NCBI GenBank assembly: GCA_009602725.1
Contig: WELB01000004.1
Coordinates: forward strand, 382,965-428,537
DNA: 45,573 bases
From: Spirogloea muscicola
Lineage: Eukaryota
Direction of reading: 5' to 3'
The notes below the pieces were generated by a model. That model saw nothing but the letters and a program-made list of their open reading frames with translations. It had not been told where the DNA came from and made no database searches. The first letter of the stretch is position 1. The number at the start of each line of letters is the position of its first letter. Position numbers and translations under genes: made by a program. Shown piece by piece: positions 10,660 through 21,380 of this stretch.

Positions 10660-13389
10660 ATGGCGGCCGCCGCCGCCACCGCCGCCGCGGCAGCCGAGCT
10701 CTGCGGGGCGGCGGCTGCGATGGTGGCGGTGCGCTTGATCGAGGCCGGCCCTGCAGGCACGATGTGCAGCGCCGGTCGGGGCTGCGGCGGCGCAGCTTGT
10801 GCGGCGGCCAAGGAGGGGACAGGCCGATGGCGAGACAGCTCCAGGAAGAGGAGGCAGGCTGGGAGCGGTGGCGGCGGCCGCGGCAGCAGTGGTGGTGGCG
10901 GCGATGGCCGGAGCGGCAGTAGCCGCGGCCGCGGCCGCGGCGGTGGCCGAGGTGGCGGCGGACGGACGGGCAGAGAAGACAGCCGGGCCGGCAGCGGCAG
11001 CGGCAGCGGCGGCGGCGCCCGGAGGAGCACCGCCACTGCTGCGCCGGGAGCGAGCAGCAATGGAGCGGGCCGTCCGGGCAGCGGCGGCGCTGCCAAGCGG
11101 GCGCTGACCTCGGGCCCCCTGCCGCTGCTCAGCGAGGCCGTCCTCCAGGCAGAGGTGCCGCTCACCCTCGCACTCCTCGGTTGACGGCGCCATGACAGTT
11201 TTCAGTGTTTACTATCGGCAATTGCATGCAGTTGGTCCAGCATTCCTTTACCGATCGTTCGTTCAAGCGTGAGTGCAGGAGATCATCGGCAGCCCGCTGT
11301 GGACGACCTTCCTGAGCAGCGCCGCGGGGGTGTGGTGCGGCGCCGGCGCTTGCTTCTCCCCGACCACAGCGTGCATGGAGCCCCTCTCGCTGGGCGCCGC
11401 CGGCGAGTTCCTGTACGACGCGGCGACGACGGCCGTCGTCGACCACTCTGACGCAGCAGCGGGTCCCCAGGGCTCGCTGACGCGGCGGGTCACTTGGGTC
11501 GTCTCGAATCCACTAGGGGAGGCCGGTGTAGGCAGCGGCGCCACGACCCGTCAGAATGGCGATGCTGCAAGCGGCTCAGAGGGCGAGGACGGACATTGGG
11601 AGCAGAACATTGGCAGCGAGGACGGAACGCTTGAGGTTGCTGGGGCGTTGTGGAGGGAGGATGATGAGTGTGACGAGACCAACGAGGAAAGCCAATGGCG
11701 AGCGATGCAGCAGGGCAGTCAGGACACTGCTACGGGTTCATGGGAGGGACGAGGCCGGGAGGCCGCAGCGATTGCTGTGGCAGCGGTTGGAAGCAAGCAT
11801 ACTGCTGCGCAGCTCACAAGCAGCCTCCTGGCGGTCACAGAGGTGGCAGAGGTGATGGAAAACGAGGTGATGGAGGAAGACGTCATGAGCCGTGAGGACG
11901 GCCTTGTCTACTTTGAGGTGCCACCCAAATCCGGCCTTGCATATCACAGGATCACCCGGCCGCGCCAATTCGCTGCTCGATTGCACACGTTCTTGAAGTT
12001 TGGCATGTGTCCTGCACTGAGGTCTGATATTGGTAGAAGCAGGATCTTTGTCATCAAGGGATGTTCTTTCCAGTTGATGTAAGGAGTGCATGCGCATACA
12101 GCACTGCACAGGTTTTGCAAGTGAGTCAGTTGCTAAAAAAAACGGTGGTTCTAAAAGATCAGTCTTATCAGCAGTCACTATCCCAACTCATGTTAGTGGC
12201 CGGTGCATGGGCTCCAGGACGGGTCGTACTCCCGTGGCCCTGCTGAGTTGCTGCCTACAGACAAGAGCTCAGGGGCAGGTGGCGAGGAGGACGGTGACCT
12301 GCGCTACCGTGCACTTCCCACGCACAAAATCGAGCAGGTATGCTGTGCCAATTTGCAATATCAGATCGCTGCAGTACATGCACGGCCTCTACTCGCGTCT
12401 TTGCGAAAGCAAGATCCACATTCCCTCCTGCAACCACACAACAGCCAGCAGCAACTTCCAGGTGAAGGAGTATCTGTTGATTCTCATCACATCCTTGGTG
12501 CTCGGCTGCTTGCAGTGCCTGGTGCAGGGGGGTCACACACGCCTGCGGCTCGTGCACACCCTTGGTGTCGAGGCAGGAGGCGAGGAAGTCCAGGTCCTGC
12601 GTGTGGCCGCGTACGAGGAGGTTTGGCTGGGGCCGTGCCGCATGGAGGCGATCAGGTGAGGAGTCCATGCCATTCCCATTGCACAACTGTGCAATGCTCC
12701 TGAGCATCTACTTCTGGCCGTGCGTTCTTGTGCATCGGCTGCATGGCAGCGGTTCTTAAGGTATACCAGGTTGCCGGCCTCATGTGATGGCCATCTGATG
12801 ACCATGTGTCATATGATGGGCATGCAGCAAAAGCAACAGCCAGGGTGGCAGTGCCGATGTAGGCCGGCCGCCCTTCTCGCAGCGGCCGAGGCCGCAGCTT
12901 GGAGATGTCGCAGGGTCATGGAAGGTCTTTGAGGTCATTGGCACGGCACTGCACCACACCGGCTCAGGGTCAGGCAGCAGTGGCGTCGGGACCCAGGCAA
13001 ATAGGCAGGCGGCAGACCTTCCGGTGGAGGTTCTTCTGAAGGAAGCTGCAGCACGGGACAATGGCGGGGCTGGCTTAAGTAATAGCGAGGCCCGCGAGCC
13101 TGTGCCACCATCAATCCTGTATTCGTGCCAGGAGACGGCGATCGAGCGCGGTGTGCCGGGCCAGGCCGGCCCAGACGGCGACGACGACGCCAGCGTGCTC
13201 TGGCTGCCTGGCGGCGTGACGGCATCGGTCGAGGTGGGCGATGACGGTGGCCTCACGCTCGGCCTGGGCTGGCTGTGCGGGAGCGGCACGAGGCTGTCCA
13301 TGCGCCGGCGGTATGACAGCGCCGGGCTGCTGGCTGAGGTGCGCTGCGCATCTGAGGTCAAAAACGGCTGGGTTGGCGGCCGCATGTGA
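10660..13389 (+). CDS. DUF3598-domain protein, At2g44760-like (probably plastid-targeted); exons 10660-11154, 11279-11917, 12218-12337, 12516-12655, 12828-13389
   Basis: Motifs W..FLSS..GVW.GAGA.FSP.TA.MEP, VMEEDVM..EDGLVYFE|DGSYSRGPAE, PTHKIEQ|CLVQGGHTRLRLVHT, SWKVFEV, VLWLPGGVT and RLSMRRRYD.AG. All introns are phase-consistent GT-AG. The start codon is inferred. Confidence 0.85.
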
Positions 13390-14279
13390 GCGCCGGGGGT
13401 GGCGGCTGCGACAAGCCGGCTTCGGCTGCTCCTGTGCATCTGATCCGCTCTGCTGAGCTGGGCCAGCCTTTTAGTTGCAGCCACTGGCAAGTGTCACGGC
13501 GCACATTGTGCAGCAGAAGCACCAGAATAGCCAGTGCCATTGCAACGTAAGTTTCAGGACATAAATAGCTCCATGTAAAATCATCAATCTTAACAGCGTG
13601 TAATGCTGAAGCTCGCTCATCCTAGAATTAGGATCGCCATTAATTCACTTAGGTGAGCTGCCTCTATCCTGGCACAGCATTGTTGCAACTTGCAATTGCT
13701 TGACACTGGACTGCTATTCGGAGACTAACCTGCATGTCAAAGTTGAACGGTCTACCATCATCATAGCACTGAATGCAAGCTTAACTCCAAAACCCCGAAG
13801 TATAGAGTTTGGGTCCTTGGATCAGATGGTGGCACTGGCAGCAAGACAGTGGCAGGAGCGACGCGAGAGCCTTGGTGGTGCAAGTTGACTTAAAGTCGCA
13901 GCACAGGAGGAAGAGAACACCGCTGTGTACTTTGATGTCGTAAAAGGTAACAGATGGCAGCCTGCAGCAGTGCAGGACCATGGCGTGATGCCAAGGACAA
14001 GACGAGGTATAGGCGACAAGAAAGTGCGAAGGCAGGAGGAAAGGGCTGGGGGCCAGCTTGCAGGACACTGCAGAGGACATGCAACGCAGCTCAATCGCCA
14101 CGGTGCAGGAACCGAGCAAGAGAAGCTCTCTTGCTGCCATGGACCTCGTTCTTACATATTTGAGCTGGCCTTGCACAGCCCAGAAAAGTTAGACAATGCA
14201 AGAACGCTTCTCGTTCACTGAGGGTGCTATCCAACTTGAGAGCGCGAGACTTCATCCTTGGGGGCGCCGTGCAAGGCCA

Positions 14280-14408
14280 GCCCAAAGGGGGAAGGCGCGC
14301 GGAGCGCATGAAACAAGGGAGGCCAATTCAAGCCAATACGTTGCCCAAAGAGAGAAGGCGCGCGGGGCGCATGAATTGAAAGGGAGGCCAATTCAAGCCA
14401 ATACATTG
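14280..14408 (+). repeat. Tandem duplication of an about 64-bp unit related to the repeat-family motif
   Basis: GCCCAAAG.G.GAAGGCGCGCGG.GCGCATGAA...GGGAGGCCAATTCAAGCCAATAC.TTG occurs twice. It begins with the AAGGCCAGCCCAAAG motif also seen at about 5409. Confidence 0.85.
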
Positions 14409-14741
14409 TTCAGGCAGAGTCGAGTGCAGACTAAACAATGCTACATAACACGGAGACCTAATCTAAGGTACCTAAGATGACATTAGTACCCACGAAGAGA
14501 GAACGGGGAGAGGGGTTTGAGGTTTTGGGAGCTCTGGAGCGGAGCGGCGTGGGCGGAGGTTTTAGGCAGGGCCCAAAAACCTTGCTCTCTCTGCTCACTG
14601 CAGCCGCTTTCTTTCACTGCTTCCGAGCCCAGCTTGTCCATGGTGGCCGCCGCAGGCGGGCGCCCGCCCCTTGCGGCGAGAAGCGCGGCGGCGGCGGCGG
14701 CGGCGGTGGCGCAGCGGCGGTAGCTGGCGGCGGCGGAGGGG

Positions 14742-17700
14742 ATGCTCTGCCGCGGCGCGGGCTATGGCTTGCCTCTCGGCGGCGGCGCCGTCGCTGGGCG
14801 AGGAGGCCGCCCAGGNNNNNNNNNNNNNNNNNNNNNNNNNNNNNNNNNNNNNNNNNNNNNNNNNNNNNNNNNNNNNNNNNNNNNNNNNNNNNNNNNNNNN
14901 NNNNNNNNNNNNNNNNNNNNNNNNNNNNNNNNNNNNNNNNNNNNNNNNNNNNNNNNNNNNNNNNNNNNNNNNNNNNNNNNNNNNNNNNNNNNNNNNNNNN
15001 NNNNNNNNNNNNNNNNNNNNNNNNNNNNNNNNNNNNNNNNNNNNNNNNNNNNNNNNNNNNNNNNNNNNNNNNNNNNNNNNNNNNNNNNNNNNNNNNNNNN
15101 NNNNNNNNNNNNNNNNNNNNNNNNNNNNNNNNNNNNNNNNNNNNNNNNNNNNNNNNNNNNNNNNNNNNNNNNNNNNNNNNNNNNNNNNNNNNNNNNNNNN
15201 NNNNNNNNNNNNNNNNNNNNNNNNAACGGCAGCGTGCGCGTCGCGGCGGACGCCGAGTACAGCGGCGGCGGCGGCCGCGACGGCCAGGCCGTTGCCGCGG
15301 CGGCGGTGGAGGCCAATGCCGGCATTGGGGGAGCGGCCGTGGACGTGCCGGTGCCGGAGGAGGTGGGCGCCATGGCCCGGCAGCGCGGCTTCGGCATCTA
15401 CCAGCACATGCGCGCCGCCGGCGTGGCGCCCAACGAGGCCACCATCACGTCTGTCGCGCGGCTGGCCTCCGCCAGCGCCGACGGCGACGCCGCCTTCGAG
15501 CTCGTCAAGCAGATGGCCGCGTTCGACATCCCAGCGAGGCTGCGCTCCTACGGCCCCGCGCTCTACACCTACTGCCGGCTGGGCGAGCTGGACAAGGCCT
15601 TCGCCGTGGACGCCCACATGCTGGCCGCCGGCGTGGCGCCCGGCGAGGAGGAGCTCGCCGCGCTGCTCCAGCTCAGCGCCGCCATGGGCGCCGCGGACAA
15701 GGTCTACGCCCTGATCCACCGCCTCCGGACGACGGTGCGGGGCCTGCTGCCGAGCACCCTGGATGTCATCGAGCGCTGGTTCGCTAGCAACACTGCCGCA
15801 GCAGCTCCAGGTGACCACGCGACCAGAGCTGGCCACCTTGTGCTCAAGCGCCAAGACCAACATGTCGCACTGCAGACCCATCGCTGCTGTGTGTCTTCTC
15901 TAACGGCTGCTCTTGGATTGGCCGCCACTTTGCAGACACTGATGAGATTGGTAGACTGGCGGTCAAGGAGGCCATGGAGGCCAAGGGCGGGGGCTGGCAC
16001 GGCCTCGGCTGGCGGGGCCGTGGCCCCTGGCTGGCGGAGCGCACTCGCGTCAGCGCCGACGGCGTCTGCAGCGCTTGTGGCGAGCGGCTGGTTACCATTG
16101 ACCTGGACCCTGCGGAGACCGACAGGTTCGCCGAGTCCGTGTCCGCGCTGGCCATGGAGCGTGAAACATATACCAGCGAGTTTTCCAAGTTCCAGGTTGA
16201 CTTACATGGATTCATCCTGCTCCGCAATCTGGAACTTCTTATCATTGTACTGTACTTGCGTGACGTCCTCATAGCACCACTACGAGAGGCCTTGCTTGGA
16301 GTTAGACGATGCGTTGAATTATGGGCTTCAGTCGATGCAGCAGTGGAAAGTAGCAGACAGCATTGAGCCTCTTGCCCAAGGGGCAGGGTGCCGTCACGCT
16401 TGTTGTAGCTTGTGCAAGCTTCAGATATACATGTATGCTCTTACGACTCATCCCACGGCTGTTGCCCTCTGCAGGCGTGGTTGGATAAGTACGGCCCTTT
16501 TGACGCCGTGGTGGATGCGGCCAATGTGGGCCTCTTCAACCAGGCCCAAAGTGGCTTCAATTTCTGGCAGGCAGGCCCCCAGCTACCTAGTGTGGAAGTC
16601 AGTCCACGTTGAGCACCATCACTTGGATTTGGCTGCTCACCGCAGGTCTGTTTAGCACTAACTTGATATGCAAAGAGATATTCTACTACCTGATAGGCAG
16701 ACTTGCATTGAGGAAGTGTGATTGCTGAGTCTCATGTACAAACTTCGTTGTCTTGTGCAGCTCAGCAGAGTGGTGATTGCGGTCCAGAGCCTATCAGCCA
16801 CCAAGAAGCTGCCGCTGATCATCCTTCACCACAAGCGCACGCGAGGCGGGCCAGCTTCGCAGCCCTTAGCACAGAGGTTGTTCAAGGAGTGGCGAGCTGC
16901 GAACTCATTCTATGCCACTCCCGGAGGTTCAAATGATGACTGGTGAGAGCCTAGGCATACTCCCGCTTCCCACGTGTCGCCAGAATTTATCAACTTGGTT
17001 TGCCTACTCAAAGGGGAAATTTGTGGTTAGATACTTGCGGGGAGTTGTTCGAGGGCCTACCATAATTGCAAGAAGTGAATCCGCATCTCTCAAGTGCTCT
17101 GCTCCTCAGCGATTACAGCATGTCTTGTATCTTGCACAGGTATTGGTTGTATGCAGCTGTCAGTTGCAAGGCACTGCTTGTGACAAATGACGAGATGAGA
17201 GATCATCTCTTTCAGCTATTAGGGACTGACTTCTTTCCTAAATGGAAAGAGCGCCATCAGGTGAGGAAGGAGACATGCCTGTGAGAGGTGCATGCACAAT
17301 CGCCTAGTAGCTATCATGCTGCACACCATGACAATATTTGCAGGTGCATGATTGTAGAAAATCTACCTCACTAAACCTTTTATACACAATTAGCAGTGCC
17401 AATCTTGTAGATTTTAGCACTCTAAGAGGGTGAAAATGTAACAATGACATTGCATGCACAGGTGCGCCTCCTGGTTTCTTCCCAGGGTGCGGAGTTGCAG
17501 ATGCCACCAAATCATTCTATTGTAATACAGGCAAGCCAAGAAGCTGCTTGTCATGCAAGCAATGAGGCCCATTAAGCAGCACAGTAGGAATGCCTCGCAC
17601 ATCTCTCATATTGAGAGAAGTTTTACTCTCGGACCACCGCCGCTGTAAAGTGTAAAAGGCAAAATATGAAGACGAGATGACGTCCTGTCTTCTTGCAGAT

Positions 17701-18098
17701 TATCCGAATCAGAATCTCCCTTTCTGTGAGTCTGATGGGAAATCAGCTGACTCTGATGGCAGGAGTCAGCAGCTGGCAGGTGGCACTTTCCTTCAGCAGG
17801 CGACTCTGGAGAGGAGTGGCTGTGCGTCAGAAGGACCATTGAAGGAGTTGAAGACGCTCCAGATAGCCAGCCGCCAATAACAGCTTGTGATGACGAAGCC
17901 AAGCTTGGTCACAGGCCGAATGGGATGAAATCCAGCAGATCAGATGGCAGTCTGGAGACCAGCGCTGGTGAAGAGGAGGGCTCTTCAGCGCTGGCCCGCC
18001 CTACCATGTACAGGTTGCGGCCCAGACGAACAAAGGTAGTGCGAGGCATGCCATCCAAGAAAAATACTCCGGAAGTCGAAATTGATTATCAAATCTGA
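14742..18098 (+). CDS. PRORP1: Proteinaceous RNase P (PPR + NYN nuclease), PRORP1-like; start uncertain, gap 14816-15224; visible exons 15225-15810, 15936-16195, 16475-16570, 16761-16942, 17140-17260, 17462-17530, 17763-18098
   Basis: PPR-type segments (PNEATITSVARLA, RLRSYGPAL, EEELAALL). Zn ligands GVCSACGERL and WHFP...WLC. NYN motifs GPFDAVVDAANVG and TPGGSNDDWYWLYAAV..KALLVTNDEMRDHLFQLLG..FFPKWKERHQVR. C-terminal IDYQI. Confidence 0.95.
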
Positions 18099-19269
18099 AT
18101 GACAAATTGGATCAAGAGATACCCAGTCGAGTCGTTGCAAGGCAGCTCATCCTGCACTTGTCCCACAGTTGCCATGCCCCAGCTTTGAAAGCTTGGCGGC
18201 ATGTGGTCAGAAGCCAACGCAGCAGCACATGCTCGTCAATGATCGCGGAATAAATCATCTGAGAACCTTGCTCATCCAGAGTGCTCTGTTGCTGAGTTGC
18301 CAGCTGTTGGGTAAGGTTGTGGAAAGCAAGCCTGAGAGGATACATTCAAGCTGTGCACAGATACGTCAATCATAAAAATCAATTGCTGCTCATACGGCAT
18401 GCAGACGTGCTCAAAGAGTCCATGCGGAGGCAGTCACTGAGTGGTCAGCTAGGAAGGAGCGTGGGTGAGAATTGTGAAGCTCTGACTGACAGCGCGGAGG
18501 AGCTTTTATGCTGTCTGAGGATCGTGGCAAAGAGAAGCGGAGGCTGTCAGAAGCGGTGGCTGTGAGAGGCCAGCCAGAGAGAGAAGGTGCGATGTGCCAA
18601 TAATATGGCGCCAAGACAAAGCAGTACCATCAATTGGGCAGAACCATCAACGGATAGGGGAAGCCGCGCGGTGCACATGAGAGGGAGGCCAAGGCAAGCC
18701 AGTTCACCATCTGTCAGAGCAAATAAAACTGTGCTCTATACAGCTAAAGTGGGACCTTACTTCACGAGTGAGCACACACCACTGCGGCAGGCTTACTTTG
18801 GGAGCAGGAGCACCAAAGCGGAAGCCAGTGGCCTGGCATTTTGTGCGCCCAGCAATGCCAATGGATGGCCAAAGCCTCGCAGCGCTGCAACTGTAGCAAG
18901 AGCCGCATCGTTTGACATGCAAATGACGTCTGAGAATTGCTAGTATGCCCGAATTTGCCCCTCCATACTGCGACTGCGCGCATCAACCAGCTGAGCCAGA
19001 CGCTGGAGGAGAGCATGCTGTACGGATGAATAATAAGGAGTCACAAGCCAAGACAGAATGCTCAGGGAGGAGGGCTGAAGGAGGGAGGACCACTCAATTC
19101 ATAGCCGCCGTTAATTACTATCCTAATGTGTACAGTGGTCTGCCCAGGTAGTGCCTTCCTTTTTGTGCTCCGCGTCAACTGTTGCCCAGCACAGTCGGCG
19201 TGGTGGCTCTGATATCAAAGAGATAAGCTCTTCCAAAGAAAGAAATAGTTCTGCCAATGTAAGGCAATG

Positions 19270-20480
19270 GCTCTGACAGGCCAGCCCATCAACATTACAA
19301 GGTCTGAGAAGGAGGCGGGGAGGGCTGTGAAAGAGAAGTGGCTCGCCCAATGTGGGCAAGGGTTGTGAGAAGCCAGCCCAAGAAGAGTTGTCAAGATTCG
19401 AAGGGGCCAAAGTACAGAAGGGCTGTGAAGGGGAAAGTAAGCTTTTCAAGGGGGTGAGGTCGGGAAAGCCCAGCCCAAAAGAAAGGGCAAAGGATATAAA
19501 ATGAGAGAGAGACTTCCAGTAGAAGAACTTGCTCGCCCATAGAAAACGAGGGGGCTAGCAAAGCCAGCCCAGAAAAGAATGGACAAGAGAGGGCGACAGC
19601 TGTGGTTGGCCAGCTTAGATAATGTATGAACAAAGCTCGAAGGGGCCAGAAAAGAAAGAAAGGGCTCGCTCATAGAGAAAGCGCTGAAGTACACAGCGAC
19701 TCAATAGGCCACATAACCCGTGGTTTATGAGAGATTCATCTCACCGGCCAAGCCCTGAGACAGCGCTTTTGGCCCCTTCGGGCCTTGTCATTTCTTTTCG
19801 GGCTGGTCACCAGCTCGCCCGCCACGCCATCGCCCGTCGCTTCCATGGGGAGCCGGTGGACTTCCCTGCAGCCGGGTCGCTGGCGCAAGTGTACCGAATG
19901 CGCCTGGCCGTCTCGCTGCAGAGGTCGATGGCCGCGCGCTGCACCTTCGTGCCGGCAGAGCCCTCGCTGCTGCCTCTGGCTCTGGCCAGGGGACCCACTT
20001 CCAGGAGCCTAGCATCTCTAATCTGCGGCTGCTTAGCAGGGGGTTACTAAGTGCTGCGTAGCTGCTTTGTTTCTTGTTGTGCTTGTTTTCCTTAGCGCTT
20101 CCCCTGGCCCCCTTCTCGTACTTTGTTCATTCTTTTTCGGGCTGGTGTTTTTTGTTGTTGTTCCAGCCCCTAACCGCAATGGGCCGCGCTTTTCAATGGG
20201 CGAGCACTTTCTCTTTGGGAGAAGTCACCTTCTCTTCGTGTACGAAGAGTACGACGTCAAGTGCGACGTCACGCTCGGGGGAAGTGGTGGAAAGGGGGAT
20301 CACACAGCGCCTGCTTAGCAGGGGTTACTGAGTGGTTAGTAGCTGCTTTGTTTTTTCTTGTGTGCTTGTCATTTCTGCTGCTTCGCCTTAGGGCTTCGCC
20401 TGGCTTCCCCCCCCCTCTTCTTGTACTCTGTTCATTCTTTTTTGGGCTGGCTGTTCCAGCCCATATTCTCAATGGGCGAG
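19270..20480. mobile_element. Modular interspersed repeat, copy B (left part in + orientation, right part inverted)
   Basis: 19270-19690 carries repeated GCTCGCCCA...AAGCCAGCCCA..AAAGAATGGACAA motifs on +. 19846-20145 is a reverse-complement match to 4935-5272. 20310-20480 is a second partial inverted copy. Confidence 0.75.
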
Positions 20481-21380
20481 CCCTTCTTCCTCGATCACAG
20501 CGGCAAGCCCCAACACGGTAAGCCCAAACAACACAGCTAACCATGTGGCTGCTGCATTTGGTTGCTCACGCCCTCGCTCGATTATCCGCAAGTCGGAATC
20601 GTTGACAAGGAGAGGGCCGGTCGCCAGGCGCCGTGTGACTGTCGGGAGGTGGTCGCCGTCACGTCTGCTAATGAACGATTGTGCCCCATTCATTTCATGC
20701 GCCCGCGCTCCTTGTCTCTCTTTGGAAGTGCATCACTTCTTGAGCTTGGGAGCGCTGCAAACGAAAGCGAGAGCCCGATTCTGTGGGTTGGGTCACGAGC
20801 CCGCCCCCCCCAGCAGCCCCAGCTCCGGAGGTGCGGCGGCCTTGGTGGCCACCACGTGGCAAAGAATCTGATTGTACCATTGGCAGGCACCCCCGCTGCC
20901 TCACTTTCATTGGCTCCTTACACTCTGCCACAGCTACCTGTTCCCATTGACTCTCAGAAAAGCTGAAGTGTACCACCGCTTCACTAGCTTAAGTAAAGCA
21001 GGGGGTTCCCGAAACAGTTGAGCATAGACTTTGCGTCCACGTCACTAATCCTTGACCGCGTTGGGAATACAAGTCTAGAGGAGGCGATCGGAGCGTGGCA
21101 AGTGTCATCTGCTGGGGGCCCGTCTCAGGGGAACTGGGGGGGGTTCTCCGCGGCCCAGCGTGGCGAGTCTTGCGCCGCCACCCCCCCCCTCCACAATGTG
21201 TTGGCTCGATTTGGCCACCATTCCAATTCATGCGCACCACGCGCCTTCCCTACTCCACGGACAAGTCGCGTCCCCAGAAGCCATTTCCCCAGTCAGTGCC
21301 ATCTCGCCGCCCACCCCCGGCCCCGTGCTCGGACGCCGGCCACGCCCGGCGTCGGGCGTGCGCGCCGCCTTCCCGCTGCA

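Noticed and set aside
12677..12696. Small intronic hairpin CATTGCACA-AC-TGTGCAATG and short local duplications (1359-1404, 38676-38710)
   Set aside because: Short and isolated, and expected occasionally in 45 kb. No supporting context.
18112..19150. Short ORFs downstream of PRORP
   Set aside because: Multiple stops in all frames and no identifiable protein family.
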